Shown here: piece after piece, positions 18,404-28,927 of the stretch | Layout of the letters: every line of letters begins with the position of its first letter | Numbering within the stretch: position 1 is the stretch's first letter | DNA from: Candidatus Magasanikbacteria bacterium RIFCSPHIGHO2_01_FULL_41_23 | GTDB taxonomy: Bacteria > Patescibacteriota > Patescibacteriia > Magasanikbacterales > UBA922 | Reading direction: 5' to 3' | DNA length: 64,000 nucleotides | Assembly: GCA_001782805.1 (NCBI GenBank) | Contig: MFPT01000019.1 | Span: 1,801-65,800 of the forward strand | Notes under the pieces: model-generated | Databases searched by the model: none | Told to the model about the DNA's origin: nothing | Seen by the model: only the letters and a program-made list of their open reading frames with translations | Made by a program: the position numbers and the translations under genes

Positions 18404-18874
18404 ATGAATATGAATAAAAAAGGACTTGCCCTGAGTTCGTCGAAGGGATTTACGCTCATTGAACTGTTGGTGGTCATTGCCATTATCGCCTTGCTTTCCA
18501 CTTTGGCGGTAATCGCTTTGGGATCAGCGCGCAAAAAAGCCAATGATGCTAAACGTTTGTCTGATATGACTCAGATTCGTTTTGCTTTGGAAAGTTATTT
18601 TACCAAACGCAATACATATCCAACTACTTTGCCGGCCGGTGTTGTTTTGGGAGTGGGAAACGCGACTTGTCTCAATACCACAGGTTTTGCTGTCGCTGGT
18701 TGTGCCGAACCGCTTATGGCCATTATTCCGCGTGATCCGGGCGCAGGCACTTATGTTTACTCTTCAAATAACGGGAAAACATATAAAATTTTGGCTTCAC
18801 TGGAAGCCGGCACTGATACGTTAAAACCGGGAGCAATTGCCGTTGATCCGTTTACCATTAAAAATGGACAATAA
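18404..18874 (+). CDS. Type IV pilin / GspG-like prepilin
   Basis: KG-FTLIELLVVIAIIALL N-methylation motif, ARKKANDAKRLSD, IPRDP. Confidence 0.92.
   Translation: MNMNKKGLALSSSKGFTLIELLVVIAIIALLSTLAVIALGSARKKANDAKRLSDMTQIRFALESYFTKRNTYPTTLPAGVVLGVGNATCLNTTGFAVAGCAEPLMAIIPRDPGAGTYVYSSNNGKTYKILASLEAGTDTLKPGAIAVDPFTIKNGQ
18425..18448. repeat. 24-nt hairpin element in frame in the prepilin leader (LALSSSKG)
   Basis: CTTG-CCCT-GA-G-TTCGT-C-GA-AGGG-A between AAAGGA and TTTACG. Confidence 0.9.
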
Positions 18875-18897
18875 TCCAAACGATAATTGTTTTGCCT

Positions 18898-19638
18898 ATG
18901 CTGATTTTTTCCGGTTTGTTTTTTTTCATTCTTGGATCAATCACTGCTTCAGCACTCTTAACTTGGTTTTGGCGAGCAAAACAGGGAAAAAAATGGACTG
19001 TAGGTAGATCACTTTGTGATTACTGCTCCGCGCGTTTGCCATTAGTTTCCCTAATTCCAATTTTGGGAAAATTATTAATTCCTCGTTGTCCTCACTGTAA
19101 AAATTTCGGACCATGGTATTCATTTGTCGCAGAACTTTCTGTAGGCTTTGCTTGGGTTTTGGTTTGGTATTATTCATTAGTTTCAAACAATTGGGTAACT
19201 CTCGCGCTTCAATTGATTATAGTAACGGCTTTAATTATTGTCACCGTTTTTGATTTTTATTGGCAAGAAATTCCTTTTTATCTATTGGTTATTTTGCTTA
19301 TTTTCACGCTTATTTTTATTTTATTAAATCCGGATTCGGATATATCATTGGCATCACGTTTGGTGGGAGCAGTGGCCAGTGCGGGTTTTTTTGCCTGGCA
19401 ATATGTTTTATCGCGCGGTCGCTGGATTGGTAGCGCGGATATTTGGCTTGGCGCGTTTTTGGGTTTTTTATTTGGCTGGAATACGATTGTATTGGTCTTG
19501 GCTGCTGGTTATGGCTTGGCGGCAGTCGGATCAATTATTCAACTTTTTATGATGCGCTCAAAAATTCCTCGGACTATTCCTTTGGGAGGTTTTTTGTCGT
19601 TATCCGGTTTAATTTTTTTTCTCAATAAAATAATATGA
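18898..19638 (+). CDS. pilD: Prepilin peptidase (A24)
   Basis: GRSLCDYC...RCPHC zinc motifs, VFDFYWQEIP, IGSADIWL, IPLGGFL. Confidence 0.88.
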   Translation: MLIFSGLFFFILGSITASALLTWFWRAKQGKKWTVGRSLCDYCSARLPLVSLIPILGKLLIPRCPHCKNFGPWYSFVAELSVGFAWVLVWYYSLVSNNWVTLALQLIIVTALIIVTVFDFYWQEIPFYLLVILLIFTLIFILLNPDSDISLASRLVGAVASAGFFAWQYVLSRGRWIGSADIWLGAFLGFLFGWNTIVLVLAAGYGLAAVGSIIQLFMMRSKIPRTIPLGGFLSLSGLIFFLNKII

Positions 19639-22169
19639 CGATTATGACTTGGCAAAAGTATGCCCAACTAAAAGAAGCCGAAATTTTTGGTGAATTACAG
19701 ACTGGCTTGACCGGATTATCAAACGCTGAAGTGGAAAAACTGCGGATTGATTCCGGTTACAATGAACTCGGTACGGAAACCAAACGCTGGTATGATATTT
19801 TAGGTCGTCAATTTAAATCGCCGTTCATTTATATTTTGTTGGCGATTGTACCATTGTCGGTTTTTTTCGGTGAAATGCTTGACGCGATCATGGTTATTAT
19901 TTTCATTGTCATTAATGTTGGTTTGGGTTTTTTTCAGGAATTTAAATCAGAAAAAATGCTGGCGATCCTGAGTAATTATGTGGTGGCGCGAGCGCGTGTT
20001 CGCCGCGACAAAAAAGAATCAATGATACCAAGTCGCGAATTAGTTCCCGGAGATGTGGTGATATTGGAAACCGGAGATATAGTGCCCGCAGACGCGCGTG
20101 TGCTTTCTGCCCAGGGTTTGACGATTAATGAATCGGTTTTAACCGGTGAATCAGTGCCCGTAACCAAAGATTCCGTGGCTTGTGCTACGGCTCCCGCTGA
20201 TGTGTACGCGGCGCAAAATATTGTTTTTTCCGGAACAACCGTGGTCGGAGGAAAAGCCGAAGTGGTTGTGATTGGGATTGGAAAAATGAGTTTTATCGGG
20301 AGCATTGCTCGTTTGGCCGCGGATACAGTGCGCGTTAGTGGTTTTGAAAAGGGGATTGGTCACTTGAGTACATTTATTTTGCGCCTGATTTTTGGTACTT
20401 TGGCACTGGTTTTTGCCGCCAATTTAATAATTAAACCAATCACGAGCAGTAGTTTAATTGAATTGATTATTTTTTCCATTGCCCTCGCGATTAGCGTGAT
20501 TCCCGAAGCTTTGCCGGTAGTAACGACATTTTCTTTATCACGCGGCGCACTGCATTTGGCCAAGAAAAAAGTCGTGGTCAAACGTTTGTCTGCGATTGAA
20601 GATTTGGGTGGCATTGATATTTTGTGCACGGATAAGACGGGCACAATTACGGAAAATGAATTAAGTGTTGCGGAAATTTTACCGATTGATGATTATCATA
20701 AAGATGATGTAATACTAGCGGCGGCTCAGGCTTCGCCGTTTTTGTATGAAGCGGGTAAAGAACCGAACAATGCGTTTGACAGCGCATTGGCAAAGGTAAT
20801 TACGAAAACAGAGCGAGCGGTTTTAACCAAAAGTCACATTGTGGCGGAAATTCCTTTTGATCCGGTGCGACGACGCAACGCTGTTTTGGTGGTAAGTGGC
20901 GCGAACGCAAATGTAATTGTGCGTGGCGCGTACGAAGAAGTGAGTCTGCTTTGTACCAACATTTCAGGCCATAATAAAGAAATTTTGGCCTGGCTTAAAA
21001 ACGAAGGCGAGCATGGCCGACGCGTTATTGTCGTTGCCAAACGCAAAGCAAAACAAAATGAAGTCAATGATTTGGCTGGAGCCGAACACGATTTGTTATG
21101 TGTTGGTTTGATTTCGTTTGTTGATCCGCTTAAATCCACGAGTCATGCCGCAATTACTGAAGCCAAGCAATTGGGCGTGACAGTAAAAATTTTAACCGGC
21201 GATGGTCCGGAAGTGGCCGGCGCCATTGGCCTCGAAGTCGGTCTTATTGAAAAAAATGATGAAGTCATTACCGGAGCTGAGCTGTTTGCTTTGCCTCCGG
21301 ATGAACAAACGCAAGCGGTGGAAACACATGCGGTTTTTGCGCGTGTTAACCCGAGTGAAAAATATCAAATTATTAAATTATTACAATCCAAGCATCATGT
21401 GGGATTTTTGGGCGAAGGAATTAATGACGCGCCCGCCTTGAAAATCGCCGAAGTGGGATTGGTTGTGGCCGAAGCTTCTGATGTGGCTCGTTCAGCGGCC
21501 GATGTCGTGCTTCTGAAAAAAAGTTTGGAAGTGATTATCGATGGAATTCGCGAAGGCCGAATTGTTTTTGTTAACACGTTGACGTATATTAAGTCAACTT
21601 TGGCTTCAAACTTGGGAAATTTTTATGCCGTGGCCGTTGCTTCGCTACTGATTGACTATTTGCCCATGCTGCCATTGCAAATTTTGCTGTTGAATTTGTT
21701 GTCTGATTTCCCCATGATCGCGATTGCCACTGATCGCGTGGATGCGCAAGCACTAAAAAAGCCAAAACAATATGACATTAAAGAAATCGCGCTTATTGCT
21801 ACCGTGCTTGGTTTGGTCAGTTCATTATTTGATTTTATTTATTTCGCGTATTTCAAAAATGGCGGTCCGGCCACATTGCAGACCAATTGGTTTATGGGCA
21901 GTATTATTACCGAATTATTATTTTTGTTTTCCATTCGCACGCGTCGTTGGAGTTGGCAGGGTCGCAGGCCATCAACGACAATTTTAATTCTTACTCTTGG
22001 TGCGGCTTTGGTGACGATTGTCATTCCGCTTTTGTCGTGGAGTCGGGAAATTTTCAAATTTACTCTGCCGTCTAAAAACGATTATCTGGCCGTGTTTATT
22101 ATCGCGGCTCTTTACTTTGTAACCACTGAAGTGGTAAAGTGGGCGTATTATAAGTGGTTTAATAAATAA
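19635..22169 (+). CDS. P-type ATPase, Mg2+ (MgtA)-like
   Basis: TGES, IPEALP, DKTGT, DPVRRR, TGD, GEGINDAP, NLLSDFP. Confidence 0.88.
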   Translation: MTIMTWQKYAQLKEAEIFGELQTGLTGLSNAEVEKLRIDSGYNELGTETKRWYDILGRQFKSPFIYILLAIVPLSVFFGEMLDAIMVIIFIVINVGLGFFQEFKSEKMLAILSNYVVARARVRRDKKESMIPSRELVPGDVVILETGDIVPADARVLSAQGLTINESVLTGESVPVTKDSVACATAPADVYAAQNIVFSGTTVVGGKAEVVVIGIGKMSFIGSIARLAADTVRVSGFEKGIGHLSTFILRLIFGTLALVFAANLIIKPITSSSLIELIIFSIALAISVIPEALPVVTTFSLSRGALHLAKKKVVVKRLSAIEDLGGIDILCTDKTGTITENELSVAEILPIDDYHKDDVILAAAQASPFLYEAGKEPNNAFDSALAKVITKTERAVLTKSHIVAEIPFDPVRRRNAVLVVSGANANVIVRGAYEEVSLLCTNISGHNKEILAWLKNEGEHGRRVIVVAKRKAKQNEVNDLAGAEHDLLCVGLISFVDPLKSTSHAAITEAKQLGVTVKILTGDGPEVAGAIGLEVGLIEKNDEVITGAELFALPPDEQTQAVETHAVFARVNPSEKYQIIKLLQSKHHVGFLGEGINDAPALKIAEVGLVVAEASDVARSAADVVLLKKSLEVIIDGIREGRIVFVNTLTYIKSTLASNLGNFYAVAVASLLIDYLPMLPLQILLLNLLSDFPMIAIATDRVDAQALKKPKQYDIKEIALIATVLGLVSSLFDFIYFAYFKNGGPATLQTNWFMGSIITELLFLFSIRTRRWSWQGRRPSTTILILTLGAALVTIVIPLLSWSREIFKFTLPSKNDYLAVFIIAALYFVTTEVVKWAYYKWFNK

Positions 22170-22172
22170 TAT

Positions 22173-23087
22173 ATGTGGATTGACATTGTCATTATTATCG
22201 GACTGATCGTATTTGAAGTGGTCAGTAGTATTGATAACGCGATTGTAAACGCGCATATGCTCAAAACCATGGGCGAAAAAGCGCGCAAATGGTTTTTGGT
22301 TTGGGGAATATTTTTTGCCGTGTTTGTGGCACGGGGGATTTTGCCGTTTTTGATTGTCTGGCTGGCAACGCCTGGTTTGGGATTTTTAGCCGCAGTATCA
22401 GCGACGTTTGGAAGCAGTGAAACCGCGGCCGCTGCGATTGAATCAAGTTCGTATATTTTGTTGACCGGTGGTGGCATGTTTTTGTTGTTGTTATATTTTC
22501 ATTGGTTATTTTTGGAAAAAAAGGATCCGTATTTTTTTTCCGATAAGTGGGTTAAGGAACATCATGGTGTGTGGTTTTTCGCCATCGCGGCTTTGATGCT
22601 GGTCGGAGTAATGTATCTAACACGTGATCAACCGCTCGCCATGATTGCCGCGGCTACGGGCAATGCTGTCTTTTTTATTTTATATGGTTTTCGAGAAACT
22701 GCGGAAAAAGGAGAGAAGAAAATGGAGCAAGGCGGTGTAAGTGATTTGGCGAAATTAGCCTATCTTGAAGTTTTGGATCTTTCTTTTAGTATTGACGGAA
22801 TTTTCGGCGCATTCGCGTTTACGACCAGTATTATGTTAATTTTAATCGGCAATGGAATCGGAGCCTTAGTTGTGCGGGAATTAACTATTCGAGGAGTGGA
22901 TAAAGTGGGGAATTACAAGTGGCTTAAAAACGGCGCTATGACATCGATCGGCTTCCTCGGAGCCTTCATGACCGCCGAAGCGCTTGGCGTGCATATGGCC
23001 GAATGGATTCCGACTGTGACAACGTGTTTGTTGGTGGGGGTGACATTTTGGGCGTCGCACAGGCATTTGAAGAAACAACAAAGCTGA
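22173..23087 (+). CDS. TerC-like membrane protein (DUF475/YkoY type)
   Basis: FEVVSSIDNAIVNA, YLEVLDLSFSIDGIFGAFA. Confidence 0.85.
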   Translation: MWIDIVIIIGLIVFEVVSSIDNAIVNAHMLKTMGEKARKWFLVWGIFFAVFVARGILPFLIVWLATPGLGFLAAVSATFGSSETAAAAIESSSYILLTGGGMFLLLLYFHWLFLEKKDPYFFSDKWVKEHHGVWFFAIAALMLVGVMYLTRDQPLAMIAAATGNAVFFILYGFRETAEKGEKKMEQGGVSDLAKLAYLEVLDLSFSIDGIFGAFAFTTSIMLILIGNGIGALVVRELTIRGVDKVGNYKWLKNGAMTSIGFLGAFMTAEALGVHMAEWIPTVTTCLLVGVTFWASHRHLKKQQS

Positions 23088-23094
23088 ATTTCTG

Positions 23095-23123
23095 TTGACG
23101 ACTTTTTATAAACCCTGTATTAT
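23095..23123 (+). promoter_or_regulatory. sigma70 promoter of the atp operon
   Basis: TTGACG-17 bp-TATTAT. Confidence 0.65.
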
Positions 23124-23143
23124 AGAGGCGTTTTGTAGTCTAT

Positions 23144-23401
23144 ATGCCATTATTCGCAACAGACAAAGATCGTCGTTATGCTTTGCTCGGTCTCCGGATC
23201 GTGGGTGATTTTGGTGCGAGTATCGCGGTTCCAGTAATTTTATTTGTTTTGATCGGGCAATGGCTGGATGATATATATCAACAAGGATATTGGTTTACGA
23301 TTTTTGCTTTTGTTTTGGCCGCAGCCATTTCCGCGCGGATGATTTATAAAAAAGCCAAAGCGTATGGCACAGAATTTCAAAACATGGATAAAGAAAAATA
23401 A
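23144..23401 (+). CDS. AtpZ/AtpI family two-TM protein
   Basis: First gene of the atp operon; IGQWLD motif with two TM helices. Confidence 0.8.
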   Translation: MPLFATDKDRRYALLGLRIVGDFGASIAVPVILFVLIGQWLDDIYQQGYWFTIFAFVLAAAISARMIYKKAKAYGTEFQNMDKEK

Positions 23402-23404
23402 AAT

Positions 23405-24208
23405 ATGTCAGCGATTCACATTCCAACTCTCGCGCCCGATGTCCTATTTCATATCGGAGGAATTATGATTACGAACACGATGGTCAATGTGTGGTTGGCG
23501 TTATTTATTTTTTTAGGTGTTGGATTAATGATTTCGCGCAAAGCATCATTGCGTCCGGGAAAATTGCAAAACATATTGGAATATTTTTTGGAAATTTTGT
23601 TGGGTTACTTTGATCAAGTTACAGGCGATAGAATCAAAACAAAACGATTTTTACCGCTCGTTGGCTCAATTTTCTTTTTTATTTTACTTTCCAATTGGTT
23701 GGGATTGTTGCCTGGGACTGGGAGTATTACGGTTGGAGATCATTTTCTTTTGCGTCCGGCCAATTCTGATTTGAATTTAACGGTTGCCATGGCGTTGGTA
23801 TCCGTGATTGCGTCGCATGTCTTTGGTATTATGGCCGTGGGATTTTTCGCCCATATTGGGAAATTTGTTCAATTCGGATCATTGGCACGCAGTTTTAAAA
23901 AAGGACCGATCGGAATTTTTCAGGGCGTGATTGAATTTATGGTGGGATTTTTGGAAATTATCAGTGAAATGGCCAAAGTGTTATCATTATCACTGCGGTT
24001 ATTCGGGAATATCTTTGCCGGCGAAGTTTTGATTTCGGTTATTGGCGCTTTGGTCGCCGCGATTGTGCCGACGCCATTTATGTTATTGGAAATTTTGGTC
24101 GGTTTAATTCAGGCCGCAGTATTTTCCATGTTGACGTTGGTGTATTTGACTGTTGCCAGCGCGGAACCGCATGGTGAATCAGAAACTGCGCATGTCGGTG
24201 GACACTAA
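23405..24208 (+). CDS. atpB: ATP synthase Fo subunit a
   Basis: PGKLQNILE, NWLGLLPG, LSLSLRLFGNIFAGE, IQAAVFSML. Confidence 0.96.
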   Translation: MSAIHIPTLAPDVLFHIGGIMITNTMVNVWLALFIFLGVGLMISRKASLRPGKLQNILEYFLEILLGYFDQVTGDRIKTKRFLPLVGSIFFFILLSNWLGLLPGTGSITVGDHFLLRPANSDLNLTVAMALVSVIASHVFGIMAVGFFAHIGKFVQFGSLARSFKKGPIGIFQGVIEFMVGFLEIISEMAKVLSLSLRLFGNIFAGEVLISVIGALVAAIVPTPFMLLEILVGLIQAAVFSMLTLVYLTVASAEPHGESETAHVGGH

Positions 24209-24296
24209 ATAATCCATTGATATTTTTTTCTAAATTTTGGAAAAAAGTATCAGTATGATTATTCATACTTTTATTCAATGATACACGGCGAGGTAA

Positions 24297-24557
<261 letters not shown>

Positions 24558-24560
<3 letters not shown>

Positions 24561-24616
24561 ATTGATTGTGATCCTGATAAGGTGAAACACTTATGTCGGG
24601 ATTACGAATTGGTTTA
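24558..24616 (+). other. Long stem-loop between atpE and atpF
   Basis: GTGATCCTGA/TCGGGATTAC stem capped by GTG-AAA-CAC. Confidence 0.6.
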
Positions 24617-24652
24617 TTTAGAATTTTTTATTTATACTGAGTTTACCGAAGT

Positions 24653-25201
24653 ATGTCAGCGCAAAACGAAACCACAAGTAATGAGACTTTAGAAAAAGGA
24701 TCTGAAGAAAGTGTGTTGGCCAGTTTAGGAATTAACAGTCAATTATTTGTTTGGCAATTAATTAACTTTGCGTTAGTGGCGTTTGTGGTATGGTATAAAA
24801 TTCTCAAGCCACTAACTAAAAAATTGGACGAACGCAAAACTATTATTGACGAAAGCTTGGATCGTGCCAAAGAAATTGAAACGTCGTACGCGAAGAGCAA
24901 AGCGGAATATGATGCGGCGCTTAAACAGGCGAAACAAGAAGCGAATGGAATTGTGAGTGAGGCAAAACGCGTGGCTGATGAATTATCAAATGCCATGAAA
25001 GCCAAAACCAAAGAAGACATTGATGGTTTGGTGAAACAGGCCAAAGTTAAAATTGATGAAGAGCGCGACGCGGTGATGGAAGGCGTGAAATTGGAAATCG
25101 CGAATTTAGTGGTTACGGCCACGGAGAAAATTTTGCGTGAAAAATTGGATGATAAAAAAGATCAGAAATTAATAAGCGATACACTCAAATCATTAGAATG
25201 A
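24653..25201 (+). CDS. atpF: ATP synthase Fo subunit b
   Basis: LGINSQLFVWQLINF, KPLTKKLDERK, long coiled coil. Confidence 0.95.
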   Translation: MSAQNETTSNETLEKGSEESVLASLGINSQLFVWQLINFALVAFVVWYKILKPLTKKLDERKTIIDESLDRAKEIETSYAKSKAEYDAALKQAKQEANGIVSEAKRVADELSNAMKAKTKEDIDGLVKQAKVKIDEERDAVMEGVKLEIANLVVTATEKILREKLDDKKDQKLISDTLKSLE

Positions 25202-25286
25202 GAATAAAAATTCACTGCAAATCTTTTTCTGGCTCACGTCGTAAACTCCGTGCCCAAAAAAGCTTTATCCGTTCCATTTTTATTCT
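25201..25286. repeat. Intergenic multi-stem element (family D, copy 2)
   Basis: AGAATAAAAAT/ATTTTTATTCT arms; homologous to 8115-8223. Confidence 0.8.
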
Positions 25287-25298
25287 AACAAGACTAAT

Positions 25299-25724
25299 AT
25301 GCCAAAATTGTTGCCCCGCCAATACGCCAAAATTCTCTACGCTGTGACGCACGAAGCCAAGGATGTTCCCAAGGCGGTTGGTATGTTCGCGAAATTTTTA
25401 GAGCGTCGGCGCGCGACCAAAAAATTGCCGGTTATCATTGCTGAATTTTTAAATTTGGTACAGGAGAAACAGGGGATACTGAATGTGAAAGTAACTACGG
25501 CGCGAGTATTGCCGGAAAATAAAATAATTGAATTGGTAAAAAAAGTTCTTGTTCCGAGCGGCTTGTCCCGAGTCCCGAGGGAAGTCGAGGGAGAAGTCGC
25601 GGTTGAAATAAATGTTGATGCTACGATTGTAGGCGGCATGATTATGGAAACCAGCACTCACCGCTGGGACGCCAGTGTCAAAAATCAATTAGTACAATTA
25701 AATAATCAATTAACCCGAAAATAA
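25299..25724 (+). CDS. atpH: ATP synthase F1 subunit delta (short form)
   Basis: [27 protein letters not shown]; operon position. Confidence 0.88.
   Translation: MPKLLPRQYAKILYAVTHEAKDVPKAVGMFAKFLERRRATKKLPVIIAEFLNLVQEKQGILNVKVTTARVLPENKIIELVKKVLVPSGLSRVPREVEGEVAVEINVDATIVGGMIMETSTHRWDASVKNQLVQLNNQLTRK
25548..25599. repeat. Nested 24-nt hairpin elements in frame in atpH ([17 protein letters not shown])
   Basis: CTTGTTCCGAGCGG-CTTGTCCCGAG-TCCC-GA-G-GGAAGT-C-GA-GGGA-GAAGTCG. Confidence 0.75.
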
Positions 25725-25747
25725 TTAACACTTGTAAGGGAATACTT

Positions 25748-27244
25748 ATGTCATATACTGATTCGGTCATTGCCTCACTTAAGAAAAATTTAGACGCGTT
25801 CGCGCCGGGCGCCAGCGTGGAAGAAATCGGCACAGTCATTGAAGTTGGCGATGGGATTGCCCGCATGTCTGGTTTGGCCAATTGTCAGGCGCAAGAAATG
25901 ATTGAGTTCGCTGATGGGACTATTGGTGTTGTGCTTAATTTGGAAGAAGAAACCGTCGGCGCAATTATTTTGGGTGATTATAAAAAGATTAAAGAAGGCG
26001 ATACGGTCAAACGTACCGGCAAAATTATGTCAGTGCCGGTTGGTGACGCCATGATTGGTCGGGTCGTAAATGCGCTGGGCATTCCGATTGATGGCCGCGG
26101 CGCAATTAAAACCAAAGATGTGTACCCGATTGAACGCGTGGCGCCGGGAGTTATTACGCGCGAATCGGTCAATCGTCCGATGCAAACCGGGATTAAAGCG
26201 ATTGATGCTTTGATTCCCATCGGTCGTGGTCAGCGTGAACTGATTATCGGCGATCGCCAGACCGGTAAAACTGCTTTAGCGATTGACGCGATCATTAACC
26301 AAAAAGGCCAGAACATGGTGTGCGTGTACGTGGCCGTTGGTCAAAAAGAATCCAAAGTCGCGCGCTTGGTCGCGAAATTAAAAGAGGCGGGCGCCATGGA
26401 TTACACGGTCGTGGTTGTGGCCGGCGCGTCTGAACCAGCGCCAATGTCCTACCTCGCGCCATATTCCGGTGTGACCATGGCTGAATATTTTGCGGACAAA
26501 GGTCAGGATGTGCTCATTATCTACGATGATTTGACCAAACAAGCTTGGGCGTATCGCGAAATGTCACTGCTCTTGCGCCGTCCACCCGGTCGTGAAGCGT
26601 ATCCGGGCGACGTGTTTTACCTCCACTCTCGCTTGTTGGAACGCGCCTGCAACTTAAATAAAGAACATGGTGGTGGTTCCATTACGGCTTTGCCGATTAT
26701 TGAAACTCAGGCCGGTGATATTTCCGCCTACATTCCCACAAACGTTATTTCCATTACTGACGGCCAAATTTTCTTGGAAACGGATTTGTTCTACCGCGGT
26801 ATTCGTCCGGCCTTGAATGTTGGTCTTTCAGTTTCTCGCGTTGGTGGCAGCGCGCAAATTAAACCCATGAAAAAAGTGGCCGGCAGTATGAAGCTCGCGC
26901 TCGCGCAATTTCGCGAACTCGAAGCCTTTGCGCAATTCTCCAGTGACTTGGATGCCGATACCAAAAAGCAAATTGAACGCGGCCGCCGGATTACCGAACT
27001 TTTAAAGCAACCGCAATTTTCACCCATGCCCGTGGCGCAACAGGTCGCGATCATTTACGCGGTTAATAATGGTTTTTTTGACAACACGGAAATTATCGCC
27101 ATTACGGAAAAGCAGAACGCGTTCGTGGAATTTTTGCAAAGTAGTAAAAGTGCGTTGTTGGAAAAGATTGCTGGCGGTGATTGGAGTGAAGAAGTGGAAA
27201 AAGAATTGAAGTCAGCCTGTAGTGAGTTTTTTTATATAATTTAA
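25748..27244 (+). CDS. atpA: ATP synthase F1 subunit alpha
   Basis: [46 protein letters not shown]. Confidence 0.98.
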   Translation: MSYTDSVIASLKKNLDAFAPGASVEEIGTVIEVGDGIARMSGLANCQAQEMIEFADGTIGVVLNLEEETVGAIILGDYKKIKEGDTVKRTGKIMSVPVGDAMIGRVVNALGIPIDGRGAIKTKDVYPIERVAPGVITRESVNRPMQTGIKAIDALIPIGRGQRELIIGDRQTGKTALAIDAIINQKGQNMVCVYVAVGQKESKVARLVAKLKEAGAMDYTVVVVAGASEPAPMSYLAPYSGVTMAEYFADKGQDVLIIYDDLTKQAWAYREMSLLLRRPPGREAYPGDVFYLHSRLLERACNLNKEHGGGSITALPIIETQAGDISAYIPTNVISITDGQIFLETDLFYRGIRPALNVGLSVSRVGGSAQIKPMKKVAGSMKLALAQFRELEAFAQFSSDLDADTKKQIERGRRITELLKQPQFSPMPVAQQVAIIYAVNNGFFDNTEIIAITEKQNAFVEFLQSSKSALLEKIAGGDWSEEVEKELKSACSEFFYII

Positions 27245-27270
27245 CCATTTTTTTTAATTCATTTTTCTAT

Positions 27271-28890
27271 ATGAAAATGTCTGCCCGTTCGTATATTTTT
27301 GGACTCTTTTTAATATTAGCGTCTCTTGTTCAACCAGTCTACGCGCAAGATCTACTTCCATCCTATCCGCAAATGAGTGCCTACGATCATTACGCGGCGT
27401 ACGATAAATCCGGCGATGTTTATCTTTTTGATGGTGATACCAATACTGAGAAAAAGATTAGTACGCATAATTCTTCCAGTGGCTACGCTGGCATTACGGT
27501 TTTATCAACGGGTGTATATTGGGGGGAATGGCAACTGGGCGCGGATGTTTATTTTTATGATTTTTCTACCGAGCAAACCAACAAATTAGTTTCACTGGCG
27601 TCCGTAGGCGACATGGAAAAAAATAATGGACTGGGACAATTTAGAATGTTGTCGCAAATTTTTTTTGAATATTCTCTTCTCAAGCCAGGTAAGGATTCAA
27701 TTTACAGCAACATGAAGTATTACAATATCAAATCCCAAAAGGTTTATGGACAAACGGGTTTTAACACCGCAACAGAAATTTATGGCGATAAGTATGAGGT
27801 ATTTCGCTTAAATTCAAATGAAAAATTTGGTGCCGGAAATATTTATAATTTTTCGGCTGTGAGTGTTGAAGCAAATGATCTTTTGATGTACGGTTATGGC
27901 AATGATAATTCTGGTACAAAAGCTGGAGAGTATGTCCAATACCGCAGCCATAATTTAAGCAATGGCATGACCCTTAAATTCAATGATGATAGCCAAAAAA
28001 ATATCGCTTATGCCGGTTTTATAAAACCGAACAATCAATTTTCATACACTAATTTTGTCCTTGGAAGCATTTCAACAGACTCAGGAGGATTGATACAATC
28101 CTACTATCGTCTGGATAAGAAATCCCCCTATACGTTTGAACTAATTAAAACAGTTTCGAATTCCCAATTGGTGGCCTATGGCGCGGATTCATTGGTGTGG
28201 GTGGAAAAAAATGGTGGTCAAACTTGGTACCGTACTGATGATAAAAAAATCTGCACTTTAAGCAAGCAAATTCCTACGGCGGTTGACCAGAGAGTCACGA
28301 CCCGTTCGTATTTTTTCTGGAAAGATTATGGAAATGGAATGGTTGTAAAAGGACAAAAATTTGTTTGCGCCGGCGATACCACTACTCAATCTGTGGTAAC
28401 TCCAATACAACCGACAGCCCCAGCTCCGGTGACAAAAACCGCACCAACCACGTCGAAGATTCTTATTAAATCTAAAACATCGCCATCTATTTATTACTTG
28501 GGCGCGGATGGTAAGCGATATATATTTTATAATGCCGATATTTATTCCACCTGGTATAAAAATTTTTCTTCCGTAAAAACTATTTTGCCGAAAGAATTGG
28601 GTGGCATCCCACTCGGCGGCAATGTAACCTATCGGCCAGGGACACTGGTTAAAATTCAAACTGACCCGTATGTATATGCGGTTGACAAGGGCGCTGTTTT
28701 GAGGTTGGTACTTAATGAAAAAACAGCCGCATCCATTTTTGGACAAAAATGGGCATCAAAAATTAAAGTAATACCAGAGTTCTTATTTACTAATTACCGT
28801 GTCGGTGATGACATTAGGTCTTCGGATGACTTTAACGAGGCCGAGGCACAGGCTAACGCCCCGGATATTAACGCTGATAAGGGATTTTAA
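27271..28890 (+). CDS. Secreted hypothetical protein inserted in the atp operon
   Basis: Signal peptide (VYA-QD), Tyr/Gly/Asn-rich beta region, Pro/Thr linker, C-terminal domain IYYLGADGKRYIF...NVTYRPGTLVKIQTDP that I recognise as recurrent in CPR secreted proteins. Confidence 0.85.
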   Translation: MKMSARSYIFGLFLILASLVQPVYAQDLLPSYPQMSAYDHYAAYDKSGDVYLFDGDTNTEKKISTHNSSSGYAGITVLSTGVYWGEWQLGADVYFYDFSTEQTNKLVSLASVGDMEKNNGLGQFRMLSQIFFEYSLLKPGKDSIYSNMKYYNIKSQKVYGQTGFNTATEIYGDKYEVFRLNSNEKFGAGNIYNFSAVSVEANDLLMYGYGNDNSGTKAGEYVQYRSHNLSNGMTLKFNDDSQKNIAYAGFIKPNNQFSYTNFVLGSISTDSGGLIQSYYRLDKKSPYTFELIKTVSNSQLVAYGADSLVWVEKNGGQTWYRTDDKKICTLSKQIPTAVDQRVTTRSYFFWKDYGNGMVVKGQKFVCAGDTTTQSVVTPIQPTAPAPVTKTAPTTSKILIKSKTSPSIYYLGADGKRYIFYNADIYSTWYKNFSSVKTILPKELGGIPLGGNVTYRPGTLVKIQTDPYVYAVDKGAVLRLVLNEKTAASIFGQKWASKIKVIPEFLFTNYRVGDDIRSSDDFNEAEAQANAPDINADKGF

Positions 28891-28927
28891 TCATAGCAGT
28901 AAGTAGCTCGCAGACATTATTGATTTT

